The notes under the pieces were generated by a model. It saw only the letters and a list, made by a program, of their open reading frames with translations. It was not told the origin of the DNA and ran no database searches. Shown here piece by piece: positions 38,817 through 48,388 of a stretch of 64,000 nt of DNA (within the stretch, counting starts at the first letter, position 1; each line of letters begins with the position of its first letter). The DNA comes from Deltaproteobacteria bacterium (GTDB lineage: Bacteria > Myxococcota_A > UBA796 > SXON01): NCBI GenBank assembly GCA_947445035.1, contig CANFCK010000003.1, forward strand, positions 168,218 to 232,217. Reading direction: 5' to 3'. Both the position numbers and the translations under genes were made by a program.

Positions 38817-39860
38817 TCAGCGCACCGATCCGGCCAGTTCCGCACACACGCGCGCCGACAGCTTCCCCGCGCCGGATGCATTGAGATGGTCGGGGTCGAT
38901 GTACTGCTCGCGAACCCGCCACTCGGGAAGGTTCAGGTCGAGGAACGCCCCGCCGTGCGAGGCCGTGGTCTCGGGGACCCAGCGCAAGAACTCAGCGTAG
39001 GCCGCCTCCGGCACCTCGGCCTGGTAGACCTCGCTGACCGGCAGGTTGACGACGTGGACGGCCACGCCCTCGGCCTTCGCCCGATCCAGCAGCGCGACGA
39101 AGTGCCGGGCGGGCAGCCCCCCCTCGATGGTGTAGTCGATGAACCGTTCGGTGCGGACCTTGGGCAAAACCCGGTCGATGCGCGTCTTCCAACGACCCTG
39201 GTGCCGCAGATCATAGTCGGCGTTGCGCGCTTCGCAGGCGGGCGTCCCGAAGCAATACTGCCCGCCGCCCGCATACAGCGCCATCCAGGTGATGTGTCGG
39301 TGCTCGGTCAGGGGGCGGTGCAACCAGAAGGCGATGTTTTCCACGCCGCGAAATAATGGCCGTGCACAACCCGATAAAGATGGTGGGCCGAAGGTGGCCG
39401 CACCGATACATTCTGATACATCGCCGAGCCCGGCGCTCGAGGCCACGTTGTAGTCGAGCTCGAAGTGGTTGGCGTTGAGCGACTCCGGCGCGACCTCCAC
39501 GACGAGGGCGCGGGGCTTGCGCTCCCCCGAAAAAAGCTCCCGCGCGACGATGTCCGAGGCGTAGAGCGATGCGGCGAGGCGATTCGCCGAAACCGTGGTT
39601 GTCGCACGCCCCGCGGTGAGGGCGAGACAAGCGTCGACGGCGGTAGGAGCGAGTCCATAGTGGGATCTGCTGCTGCCCACGATGCCGACGTCCACGGGTA
39701 GCGGGCGCTCCAGCCGACCGAGCGCGTACAGGTCGGTGGGCCACTCGACCTCTTGCACCCAATGCAAGCCGAGCGCCCGAGAAAATAGGCCAGTCACGAG
39801 GAGAATCCCGAGGAGCCAGCCCAGGACCGCGAACCCGCGGCGGTCGACCTCGTCGATCAC
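38817..39860 (-). CDS. SGNH-like membrane-anchored acyltransferase/esterase (DltD/AlgJ/DUF1574-like)
   Basis: N-terminal TM helix, IVGSSRSHYG, DPDHLNASGA. Confidence 0.8.
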   Translation of the reverse strand: MIDEVDRRGFAVLGWLLGILLVTGLFSRALGLHWVQEVEWPTDLYALGRLERPLPVDVGIVGSSRSHYGLAPTAVDACLALTAGRATTTVSANRLAASLYASDIVARELFSGERKPRALVVEVAPESLNANHFELDYNVASSAGLGDVSECIGAATFGPPSLSGCARPLFRGVENIAFWLHRPLTEHRHITWMALYAGGGQYCFGTPACEARNADYDLRHQGRWKTRIDRVLPKVRTERFIDYTIEGGLPARHFVALLDRAKAEGVAVHVVNLPVSEVYQAEVPEAAYAEFLRWVPETTASHGGAFLDLNLPEWRVREQYIDPDHLNASGAGKLSARVCAELAGSVR

Positions 39861-40048
39861 AGGCGTTCCTGCACGGTCAACGTGGCGCCGGAGATCGCCT
39901 TGGGAGCCGGTGGAGGCAGGCCGGTTTGCAGGAACGCGTCGTAGGCGGCCTGGTTCTTCGCACGCTCACGCTCGGCGGTCATGCCGGTCACCCCCAACGC
40001 GGCCGCGAAGACGAGGAGCACCACCAGGGTTTGTCTACGGTGCCGCAC
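39857..40048 (-). CDS. Small single-TM protein (63 aa), not called separately in the ORF track
   Basis: GTG 40048 gives MRHRRQTLVVLLVFAAALGVTGMTAERERAKNQAAYDAFLQTGLPPPAP...; fills the operon gap and its stop overlaps the next start (GTGA). Confidence 0.6.
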   Translation of the reverse strand: MRHRRQTLVVLLVFAAALGVTGMTAERERAKNQAAYDAFLQTGLPPPAPKAISGATLTVQERL

Positions 40049-40056
40049 AGCCGAAC

Positions 40057-40929
40057 CTACCAGGACTCCACCCGCCGAGCCATGCCGGGCCAACGGGGCG
40101 TCAGCCGCATCCATAGCCGCCGACCCGCCTCGGCGTCGAGCAGCACTGGGTACAACGACATGGCCATCACCCCGAGGGGCCCCACCTCCATGAGCACGTC
40201 GATGGAGAGATGCATCGCCACCCCAGCCAGGAGCACCCAGGCGCTCAACCGGCGAAAGCCCACCAGGAAAGAAAAGCCCACTTCGAAGGTGATGGTGAAC
40301 CAGCTGGCGAAGGCGCACAGGAGCGGCTGGCCGCTCAACCAGGTCGGGAACCAACCGCCCGCGTGCCAGCGGTCCATCAAGTCGTACGAAAGCGCGGTAC
40401 CGTTCCACCATGCCCCCTCCTCCAGGGCCTTCATCATCCCGGTCGACAGGTAGAACGAGCCGTACACGACGAGCAGGAAGTAGCGGCCTAGCGGTGACAC
40501 CGTTCCGGCGACCAGGCCCCGGATGCCGATAGGGCCGAGACTCAAGCCCAAAACCGCCCACACAATGAAGCGCTCCGGCACCCGCACGTTGAGCCCGCAG
40601 GTGGCCAATAGCGCCGCGTACGCCAGAAACCACACCCACAGGCCGGGCTTCGCGAAACGTCCTCCCCAGAAAAGCCCTGCGAGGCCCACCAGACCGAGCC
40701 CCCAGAGGCTCCAGGCCGCGGGCGCCGCCAAAAGGACGCGCTCGGCGATGTGCGCGGGTCCCGAGTTGAACACCACGTGCGGATTCGCCAGCGCATCGCG
40801 TACGTGCCACCCACGATCGAGCTGGCAATGCAAGGCCGCCATCGCGAAGGCGAGCCGGGCCAGCGTCCACCCGCCAGCCCAGCCCGGGCGGAACAGGGCT
40901 TCCACCACCCCCGGCTGGCTCACCGACAT
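40057..40929 (-). CDS. HTTM-domain membrane protein (SdpB / vitamin-K carboxylase N-terminal-like)
   Basis: YLSTGMMKA...WWNGTAL, TITFEVGFSFL, GVAMHLSI. Confidence 0.82.
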   Translation of the reverse strand: MSVSQPGVVEALFRPGWAGGWTLARLAFAMAALHCQLDRGWHVRDALANPHVVFNSGPAHIAERVLLAAPAAWSLWGLGLVGLAGLFWGGRFAKPGLWVWFLAYAALLATCGLNVRVPERFIVWAVLGLSLGPIGIRGLVAGTVSPLGRYFLLVVYGSFYLSTGMMKALEEGAWWNGTALSYDLMDRWHAGGWFPTWLSGQPLLCAFASWFTITFEVGFSFLVGFRRLSAWVLLAGVAMHLSIDVLMEVGPLGVMAMSLYPVLLDAEAGRRLWMRLTPRWPGMARRVESW

Positions 40930-41384
40930 CCGAAACTCACGAGCTCGGTCCGCTTTTCGCCCGTGCGTGGCTGCGCTTCCTGGCCGCGGGTCTTGGGCCA
41001 ACGCACCTCGGTGAACCGCGCCGCACGGGTGCCCGGAATGCGGCACAGGTCCGCGGCCAACACCGAAAGCCGCTTCGGATTCTGATAGTAGTCGTCCCGG
41101 AGGTACCCCGGCCCCTCGTCCCAGTGCAGCGGATAGCGCTCGGCGAGGTCGAGACGCGTCCAGCCCGAAGCGCCCTGCACCTCGGCCTCTACATCCCAGT
41201 GTTCATCGCGCAGATCGGTGAACATCTTCCAGCGACCCAGCCACGTCACCCCTTGAAGCGCGGGCAGGCCCTTGGGAAGCTGGGCGACCCCCAACGTCGC
41301 GAGCGCTACGCGATAGGACAAGAGGAAGTAGAAGGCCAGCCCCGCGAGCAGGAAGAGCTTCAGCCCCGGTAGCCGTTCGGGCAT
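40920..41384 (-). CDS. SdpA/DUF5819-like membrane-anchored protein
   Basis: N-terminal TM helix, RWKMFT motif, LC...ARF, terminal Cys; directly upstream of the HTTM gene. Confidence 0.6.
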   Translation of the reverse strand: MPERLPGLKLFLLAGLAFYFLLSYRVALATLGVAQLPKGLPALQGVTWLGRWKMFTDLRDEHWDVEAEVQGASGWTRLDLAERYPLHWDEGPGYLRDDYYQNPKRLSVLAADLCRIPGTRAARFTEVRWPKTRGQEAQPRTGEKRTELVSFGCR

Positions 41385-41412
41385 CCGTCCAGTTAGCCGG
41401 CTACAGGGCGCT

Positions 41413-41781
41413 GTGCTCCTGTTACCCCTCTTCAGCGCCCTCGCGGCCTTGCCCACCGAAGAAGAGCTGTTCCGCGCCGTCGTGGTGCGCATCGACCGCG
41501 ACGGCAACGGTTCCGTCTCGCGCGGGGAGTACGTCCGCTTGGACACGACCGAGACTTTTTCCCGCATCGACGCCGATCAAGACGGAGTGGCCACCGCGGG
41601 CGAGTTGGCTGACTGGGCGCGCAGCCAACAGCCGCGCCCAGCCGAACGCACACGACCCGACACGCCCGGCTTCGCCCCGCTGACGCGTCAGATTCCGCCG
41701 CCCCCGAAGGGTTGTGCCCACGCCCCAATCCACCCCATCGCACCTCTGGCCGTCCTCCTCCTGGTCAGGAGGCGCCGATGA
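41413..41781 (+). CDS. Small EF-hand protein with MYXO-CTERM-like tail
   Basis: DRDGNGSVSRGE, DADQDGVATAGE; GC...PLAVLLLVRRRR C-terminus. Confidence 0.8.
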   Translation: MLLLPLFSALAALPTEEELFRAVVVRIDRDGNGSVSRGEYVRLDTTETFSRIDADQDGVATAGELADWARSQQPRPAERTRPDTPGFAPLTRQIPPPPKGCAHAPIHPIAPLAVLLLVRRRR

Positions 41782-43385
41782 TCAGCCTGTTTTTGGCCTG
41801 CAGCGAGCCACCCGTCCCAGTGCGCCCAAAAAACGCCCATCCCAACGTGCTCCTGATCAGCGTGGACACCCTCCGTGCCGACCACACGAGCGCCTACGGA
41901 TACGCGCGCGACACCACTCCGGTCCTCGACGCGCTCGCCGCTGAAGGAACGCGTTTCGACCTCGCGTTCAGCCAAGCCAACGAGAGCGCGTGGTCGCACG
42001 CCGCGCTCTTGACGGGCCGCTACGCCTCCGAGCTGGCGTCACCCGTTTACGCGACCTACGCCATCCCGACCGACGTCACCCTGGTTTCCGAGGCGCTCTC
42101 CGCCTATGGGTACGCTACCGCCGCCTTTTCAGCAGGGGGTCACGTCACCGCCGACTTCGGCTACGACCAGGGCTGGGACCTGTGGTCGGCCGAGCCCGGT
42201 TTTGGTTCTTTTTTCGACACCGGGCCCAAGGCGATCGACTGGGTCTCCAAGGTGCCGTCCGACAAACCCTGGTTCGCGTTTCTTCACGGCTACGACGCAC
42301 ACCGCCCGTACACGCGGCCCGGGCCGTGGAATCACCTCTACGCTGGCGGCGAAGGCTCCCCGCTGGCGGAAGCCCTGTGCAAGAATCCCTGCATCTCGGA
42401 GATGGTGCTCGGCGATGCCCTCTTGTTGGACGTCGTCCCCTCGTGGTTCGCCCACACCGGCGGGGACAACATCCTCGACCCCGAGAGCTACACCCGACTG
42501 GCGGCTGCCGCCCCGGACGCGCGCCGCGTAGCCGTGACCGCGGCCGACAAGCAGCACGTGCAGGATCACTACGATGGCGCCGTGCGCTATGCGGACACGA
42601 TGCTGGGGCTTACGCTTACGCGGCTAAAAGCGCTCGGTGCGCTCGATGACACCGTGGTCATCGTCTTGTCGGACCACGGCGAGGACCTGCTCGACCACGG
42701 GTACATGAACCACCGGACGGGTTTGTTCGACTCGTGCACGCGCGTCCCCCTGGTGGTGTGGGGGCCGGGTTTTTCCGAAGGCGGCGTCGCTCCGGGGCTC
42801 GTGGACGGCCGCGATGTGGCGGCGACGATTCTGTCGGTGGCCGGCGCCTTGCCGCCAGCAGGCAGCGGCGGCCGGGACCTCCGTGCCGTGGCGCGGGGGG
42901 AACTTCCGGCCGACGCGGTGTTTGCCGAAGGGGTGATGGACATGCTCAGCGTACGCACCACGACACATCGTCTCGTCGCCAAGAATATATCCCTCATCGA
43001 TCCTGGGCTCGCTGCGAGCCTGGCCGCGGAACCACTCGAGAGTTCAAAGTTCGAACTCTATGATCTGCGCTCTGACCCCGGAGAGCACACCGACATCCAC
43101 TGGGAGGACCCCGCGACGACTGATACACTGCGTGGCCGGCTGGTGGACTGGCGAAGAAGTATCACCGTGGGTCAAAATGTATTGAGCCAGGATCAAGTGT
43201 CACCCGAGGTCGCCGCCGAGCTGCGCAAGCATGGGTATTGGGAGGTTCCGGGCGGGCACCCGGCGGCGCCAGCCGCGGTGCCGACGCATGGGACCGCGGT
43301 GGGGAATCCACCCGAGGGGAGCACGCCCCGGCCTCAGCAGAAGGACGCCGCCTGCAACGAAAGGTTTCAGTTCGCGCCGGGGTGA
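41778..43385 (+). CDS. Sulfatase-superfamily lipoprotein
   Basis: PNVLLISVDTLRADH, YDAHRPY, YDGAVRYAD, SDHGE, ELYDLRSDPGE; lipobox FLAC. Confidence 0.9.
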   Translation: MISLFLACSEPPVPVRPKNAHPNVLLISVDTLRADHTSAYGYARDTTPVLDALAAEGTRFDLAFSQANESAWSHAALLTGRYASELASPVYATYAIPTDVTLVSEALSAYGYATAAFSAGGHVTADFGYDQGWDLWSAEPGFGSFFDTGPKAIDWVSKVPSDKPWFAFLHGYDAHRPYTRPGPWNHLYAGGEGSPLAEALCKNPCISEMVLGDALLLDVVPSWFAHTGGDNILDPESYTRLAAAAPDARRVAVTAADKQHVQDHYDGAVRYADTMLGLTLTRLKALGALDDTVVIVLSDHGEDLLDHGYMNHRTGLFDSCTRVPLVVWGPGFSEGGVAPGLVDGRDVAATILSVAGALPPAGSGGRDLRAVARGELPADAVFAEGVMDMLSVRTTTHRLVAKNISLIDPGLAASLAAEPLESSKFELYDLRSDPGEHTDIHWEDPATTDTLRGRLVDWRRSITVGQNVLSQDQVSPEVAAELRKHGYWEVPGGHPAAPAAVPTHGTAVGNPPEGSTPRPQQKDAACNERFQFAPG

Positions 43386-43428
43386 GGGTCCTGGGCCGGG
43401 AACGCGTGGTCTGAGCGGCAGCGCCCGC

Positions 43429-44502
43429 CTACCTCCCCGCGAAGTGGTACTTCTCCTCTCCTGCGATCGGCGGAATCCGGTCCCGCGGCAAAAGGCAGGT
43501 GCGGACGTTCCACAGCTCGGGAAAAACTCGATAGGCGGTAGTCTGGTCCAGGTATTCGACGCCGGCGCTGCCGCCGCTGCCGACGCGACGGCCGATGGTG
43601 CGCTCCACCATCCGCGCGTGCCGATGACGGAAGAGCACCGTCTGCTCCTCCAGCTCGACACACGTGTCGAGGAGCAGGCGCGGCCACGCCAGAAGCGGAA
43701 GGTGACGGTAACTTTCGATGAACACCAGAGCCGCCCGTGCCCGACGTGAAACCGGGTCGCTCGGGAGCAAGAACTCGCGGACCGCGGCAAGAGAACCTTC
43801 GACGCGGCCGCGGATCTTATCGGCGTCCACACCGTCCAAAACCGTGATCAGCTGATCGGCCCCCTCGCGTTGGTGCCGTTCGACGCGCGCGTAGTATTCG
43901 AGGAGGAAGCGCGCCACGACCTCAGCGTCCCCGGGATCGCCGGGGGAGCTGCCCATGATCGGCGTGCGGCCCAGCCAGGCCAGAAGCGCCTCGCGCAGGT
44001 GGGTCTCGGCGATGGTGGCTTCGAGCCGATCCGCCACCGCCTTCCCAGCCGGAGAGTGCGTCTGGCTGCGGATGTGCTCGATGGGATCGGTGCCAGCGTA
44101 CTTGACACGACGCTCAGGCGTCAAGCCGAGGAGGATCTCGAACTCCCGCATTTGAAAGCTTTGAAATCCGCTTGACGGAACGAGCTTGTCCCGAAAGTCG
44201 AGGAAGTCCTGGGGGGGAAGCGTCTCCATGACCGCAAACTGGTCCACACACAGCCGCAGAATCGCGTTGACCCGCCCCAAGTGATGTACGACGAACGGCA
44301 CCTGTTCTTCCGGAAGGTGCGGCGCCGCAAGGTGATCGCGCGCCAGACGAAGCTGGGAAAGCGTGAGCTTGAACCAAAGTTCGTAAACCTGGTGCACGAT
44401 GATGAAGTGCAGTTCGTCCGGGGCCGGTGCGTCGTTGAGCCCGTTCTGACACGACAGCAGTTCCGGCAGGTGCAGGTAGTCCCAGTACGTCGGAGCAGGC
44501 AT
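43429..44502 (-). CDS. kynA: Tryptophan 2,3-dioxygenase
   Basis: YWDYLHL, DELHFIIVHQVYELWFK, SSGFQSFQ, HARMVERTIG, GSGGSAGVEYL. Confidence 0.95.
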   Translation of the reverse strand: MPAPTYWDYLHLPELLSCQNGLNDAPAPDELHFIIVHQVYELWFKLTLSQLRLARDHLAAPHLPEEQVPFVVHHLGRVNAILRLCVDQFAVMETLPPQDFLDFRDKLVPSSGFQSFQMREFEILLGLTPERRVKYAGTDPIEHIRSQTHSPAGKAVADRLEATIAETHLREALLAWLGRTPIMGSSPGDPGDAEVVARFLLEYYARVERHQREGADQLITVLDGVDADKIRGRVEGSLAAVREFLLPSDPVSRRARAALVFIESYRHLPLLAWPRLLLDTCVELEEQTVLFRHRHARMVERTIGRRVGSGGSAGVEYLDQTTAYRVFPELWNVRTCLLPRDRIPPIAGEEKYHFAGR

Positions 44503-44532
44503 CCGGCCAGCTAACCCGGTTACGCTCGGCCC

Positions 44533-45279
44533 ATGCGCGTGCTCCTCCCACTCTTCCTCACGGGCTGCGCCACGACTCCGTGGGGCACCTGGGCCTTCAC
44601 ACTCGAACTGACGGCGCCCGTCGGCGACGAGTGCGCCACCGAGATCAACCACAACTTCACCGGTGCGCATCCCGCGCTGGTTTCGACCCCGACCGACGAG
44701 AGTTGGACGGCGTCGTCTGAGGAATCGGCAAGCAGCCAACTGTTCTTCGGCCGGATTGACGCCTACGGCCAGGGTTCGATGCTCATCGTCGGCACCGAAG
44801 CCCTCCCCGGCATCCACAACGAAGACGGGAGTTGGACATTTGGGTGGACGGGCGAAGAAGAGAGCGACGCCACAGCCACCCACGCCTCCGGGTACGACTA
44901 CAGCGTGCACGCCGAAAACAGCCAGAGCCTCCGCCTCAAGGGCACCTTCAACAATGAAATCTTCACCGGGAACTACCTGCCGAACTCGCAGGCGGTCTCC
45001 ACCTGGGGCGAATCCGACACCTGGGCCGACGAAGCTGCGGTGTACGTGGGAGACAACGGGGAAGCTCCCGTTGGGGCCTATCTTTTTCTCACCGATGCCG
45101 CCGGGGCCGAGATCCCGGCGAACAACGGGCGGGCGGTCTACGATTGTGACACCGCAGGGTGCACTCTTTCGGTCGAATCGACGTGCACCTACGCCTACGC
45201 CATTTCGGGTCAGCTCACCGAATTCACGGCCGACGACGCCGCGTGGACCGAGGACGCCGGGCAACCGGCGGGGCTGTAG
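44533..45279 (+). CDS. Hypothetical lipoprotein (beta-rich)
   Basis: MRVLLPLFLTGC lipobox; TACGCT 6 nt before ATG. Confidence 0.75.
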   Translation: MRVLLPLFLTGCATTPWGTWAFTLELTAPVGDECATEINHNFTGAHPALVSTPTDESWTASSEESASSQLFFGRIDAYGQGSMLIVGTEALPGIHNEDGSWTFGWTGEEESDATATHASGYDYSVHAENSQSLRLKGTFNNEIFTGNYLPNSQAVSTWGESDTWADEAAVYVGDNGEAPVGAYLFLTDAAGAEIPANNGRAVYDCDTAGCTLSVESTCTYAYAISGQLTEFTADDAAWTEDAGQPAGL

Positions 45280-46688
45280 TGCTGTTGGCACTCGTGTCCC
45301 TCGCGCAGCCCGCGGGCTTCACCCTGGTGGACTCGGGTGTGCGCGGGCAAGGACGTGCAGGGGCGTTTGTCGCGGGAGCGGATGACATCAGCGCCCAGTG
45401 GTACAACCCGGCGGCGCTTTCGTCGATGCAGGGCACGAGTGTCAAGTTCGACCTGTGGGCGACCCAGCAGACGGTCGAGTTCGACCGCGAGGATATTTTA
45501 GGCGTCAACCCGTTCAACCCGGTGGAGAGCGCGGCGTCGCCGGTGCTCGAGCCAGCTGGCGGGTTGGTCACTGGTTTGGGCGGGGTACACAAGGCCCTCG
45601 AAAACACGACTCTCGCCGTGGGGGTGATGGTGCCCACGGGCTCGGACTATGCGTACCCTGCCGATGGCGCCCAACGCTACGCGATCATCGACTCTGCCAT
45701 CCGCCAACTCTACGTTGGGCCCAGTGTCGCGCAACGCTTCACCCGTTGGCTGTCGGTGGGCGCGGGACTACAGTACACCTTCCTTCATGCCGATCAGTCG
45801 TTGGTCGCGACGCTCTGCAACAGCGCCGATCCCGACGCTTGCGGAAGTGACACCCCCACCGATGACGTGGTCCTGGACATCGCCGCCACCGACCCGTTTG
45901 CGATGACGTGGAACGCCGGCGTTTTGCTGACGCCGATTCCGGCCTTGGCCATTGGCTTGTCCGTTCAGCCCGGGGTGTCGTTTGCAGCCGGCGGCGCCAC
46001 CACCGCGACCCTGTCTGAGGACAACGGGACCGTACGACCCTACCTCACCGACGCCAGCTTCACCGACGAGGATGCGACGCTCGAGGTCGAGCTTCCGTGG
46101 ACCGTGCGCGGGGGGGTGCAGGTGACGCCCGTACCCGCCGTCCGCGTGGAGTTGGCCGGCACCTGGACCGGCTGGTCAGCGACCGACGCCCTGGTGGTGA
46201 CCGACCTCGACCTGACGCTGACCGGCACCGAGGACGGCCCCCTTCAGGGTGCAGACATCGTGGTCACCGATGATGTCTCATTGCCGACGGGGTTCGTGGA
46301 CACCTGGAGCCTGCGCCTCGGCGGCGAGTGGGACGCCCATTCCGCGGTGACGGTGCGAGCTGGCGTGTACCGCGAGACCGGCGCCACCCCCGACGGGATG
46401 GCGAATCCGAGCGTGCCGGACGCGGACAAGGGCGGCGCCGCCCTCGGGCTGACGGTGCGCCTCGGCCCGCACCTGAGCCTCGATGCCAGCGGCATGTACA
46501 CGGCGTGGATCGACCGGGGAGTGACCACCTCGGCCTACGCCCAGCCCGCGCTCAACGTCGACTACGGCGATTCGTTCCGCACCACCGTGGGCGCCGGACG
46601 CGTCATCGGCAACGGGTCCTACCGATCATCGGCGTGGGTGGCGGGCCTCGGCGTGGGCTGGCAGTTCGGCGGGCGCGATGGACGCTGA
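45279..46688 (+). CDS. FadL/OmpP1-family outer-membrane transporter
   Basis: GRAGAFVAGADD...WYNPAAL, DTWSLRLGGEW, VRAG, C-terminal GWQF. Confidence 0.9.
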   Translation: MLLALVSLAQPAGFTLVDSGVRGQGRAGAFVAGADDISAQWYNPAALSSMQGTSVKFDLWATQQTVEFDREDILGVNPFNPVESAASPVLEPAGGLVTGLGGVHKALENTTLAVGVMVPTGSDYAYPADGAQRYAIIDSAIRQLYVGPSVAQRFTRWLSVGAGLQYTFLHADQSLVATLCNSADPDACGSDTPTDDVVLDIAATDPFAMTWNAGVLLTPIPALAIGLSVQPGVSFAAGGATTATLSEDNGTVRPYLTDASFTDEDATLEVELPWTVRGGVQVTPVPAVRVELAGTWTGWSATDALVVTDLDLTLTGTEDGPLQGADIVVTDDVSLPTGFVDTWSLRLGGEWDAHSAVTVRAGVYRETGATPDGMANPSVPDADKGGAALGLTVRLGPHLSLDASGMYTAWIDRGVTTSAYAQPALNVDYGDSFRTTVGAGRVIGNGSYRSSAWVAGLGVGWQFGGRDGR

Positions 46689-47550
46689 GCTTGCGGCCAA
46701 TCCGGGGATCGCGCTGACCCGGCCGGTGGCGCCTGCGACCGCGCCGCCATCAGCACTCGCCGAGCTACGCGCGCTCTGGGACGCCCGCCGGCTTTTCTGG
46801 GCGCTGACACAAAACGACCTGCGGGTGCGCTACCTCGGCAGCAGCATCGGATTGTTCTGGGCGGTGGTGAATCCAATCCTGGAAGTTGCCACCTATACGC
46901 TGGTGTTCCATGTCCTGCTCAACGTGCGCTTCCACACCGGACAGACCACCGGCCAATATGTTCTGTACCTGTTGTGTGGAACCGTGGCGTGGAGCGGGTT
47001 CGCCGACGGGCTTTTGCGGGGGACGACATCGATCACCAACCACGCCCACCTGATTCGCAAGGTCAACTTCCCCGCGGTGGTGCTTCCCGCACAGGCGATG
47101 GCCTCGTCGTTGATCAACCAACTGTTCCGGACGGCGGTGCTCCTGATGGCGTGTGTGCTCATCGGCGATGGGTTGAGCTGGCACGCGTTGTTGCTGCTCC
47201 CGTTCGTGGTGGCACAAACACTCTTCGGCTTGGGGCTGGGCCTCCTGTTTTCAGTGCTCAACGTGTATTTCCGGGACGTGGGACACTGGGTTACCGCCGG
47301 CCTGATGATCGGCATGTTCGTGACACCGGTAATGTACCCGGCCTCCGCCTACCCGCGTGAGTTGTTCCTGCTTTTGTATCCCAACCCGATGGCCCAATAT
47401 ATCGGCATCTACCAGAACCTGCTGCTCGGACACAGCCTCCCGGCGGCGCTCACGTCTGTCATCTACTCTTTCGTGGCGGCGGGTCTCGCGCTGGCGGTCG
47501 GCGCAAGCGTGTTTGCACACAATCGGAAGAAGTTCGCCGATCTGGTATGA
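46678..47550 (+). CDS. ABC-2 polysaccharide export permease (Wzm/TagG-like)
   Basis: DLRVRYLGSSIGLFWAVVNP, LIRKVNFP, YFRDV, TPVMYP, NPM, FADLV. Confidence 0.92.
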   Translation: MDAELAANPGIALTRPVAPATAPPSALAELRALWDARRLFWALTQNDLRVRYLGSSIGLFWAVVNPILEVATYTLVFHVLLNVRFHTGQTTGQYVLYLLCGTVAWSGFADGLLRGTTSITNHAHLIRKVNFPAVVLPAQAMASSLINQLFRTAVLLMACVLIGDGLSWHALLLLPFVVAQTLFGLGLGLLFSVLNVYFRDVGHWVTAGLMIGMFVTPVMYPASAYPRELFLLLYPNPMAQYIGIYQNLLLGHSLPAALTSVIYSFVAAGLALAVGASVFAHNRKKFADLV

Positions 47551-47637
47551 AATGTGAAGCGGGGAGGCGGCCCACCTCGTGAGTTCCTGGCCTCCGCACC
47601 CGCGGCGGCGCGGCGGCGCGGCGCGTCCCCGCGACGG

Positions 47638-48372
47638 CTACTTCCGCGAGCGGCTGACCTCGTCCACCTGGCTTTCGAGCGAGCTCACGTCCATGCCGAG
47701 CAACTTCATCCGTTCGAGCAGGAGCTTGCTGTCGACGAGGTAGGCCACGACCTCGGTGTTCGGGGGCATGCGGTCGCTCACAGTCGGGACCGCGGCCGCG
47801 TGGGCAGCGAGCTTCGACGCGAGTTCCTTGACCTTGGGGTCGGGCGAGGCGAGCGCAGCCTCGGCCTGGGCGTTCCACAACGTCGGTGCGAGCTGGAGGT
47901 GACGCAGCAGCCGCGTCGCGCCGCGTGGGGCGCCCGAAACCGGCTGGGCGGAGATCGGTGAGGCCTCGGTTTCCCCCCCGACCACCCCGCCACTGCCGGT
48001 CACACCGCCGCTCGAGCCGCCGCCGCCCGACGTTCCGCCCTCACCGGACGTCCCCCCGTCTCCGCCCCCGCCGCCCGAGCTCGGCAAGTTCTCCTGGCTG
48101 CCTTGTGTGCCGGGACCGGCGCCCGCCATGCCCGAGGATGCGTTGCCAAGTCCCGGTGAGGCGCTACCCCCGCCCTGCCCTTCGCTCCCCTGGGCGGCGC
48201 CGCCCCCCTGCTCGCCCGAACCGGATTTCCCCCCGCTCACCCCAGTAGACCCACCCTGCTTCTGGCCCCCGGACACACCCACTGCGAGCGAGTTGTTCGG
48301 CGAAAGGTAGACGACCGAGCCGCCGACGAGCACCCCTGCGAGAAACACCGAGATCATCCGGTCTGCGTTCAT
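47638..48372 (-). CDS. Gly/Ser-rich membrane-anchored hypothetical protein
   Basis: N-terminal hydrophobic helix, long GGS linker, helical C-domain; TATCGT 6 nt before ATG. Confidence 0.7.
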   Translation of the reverse strand: MNADRMISVFLAGVLVGGSVVYLSPNNSLAVGVSGGQKQGGSTGVSGGKSGSGEQGGGAAQGSEGQGGGSASPGLGNASSGMAGAGPGTQGSQENLPSSGGGGGDGGTSGEGGTSGGGGSSGGVTGSGGVVGGETEASPISAQPVSGAPRGATRLLRHLQLAPTLWNAQAEAALASPDPKVKELASKLAAHAAAVPTVSDRMPPNTEVVAYLVDSKLLLERMKLLGMDVSSLESQVDEVSRSRK

Positions 48373-48388
48373 GGGCCCACGATATTCA

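Noticed and set aside
47554-47961. 135-aa plus-strand ORF after wzm as the missing Wzt
   Set aside because: No Walker motifs; mostly antisense to the Gly-rich gene
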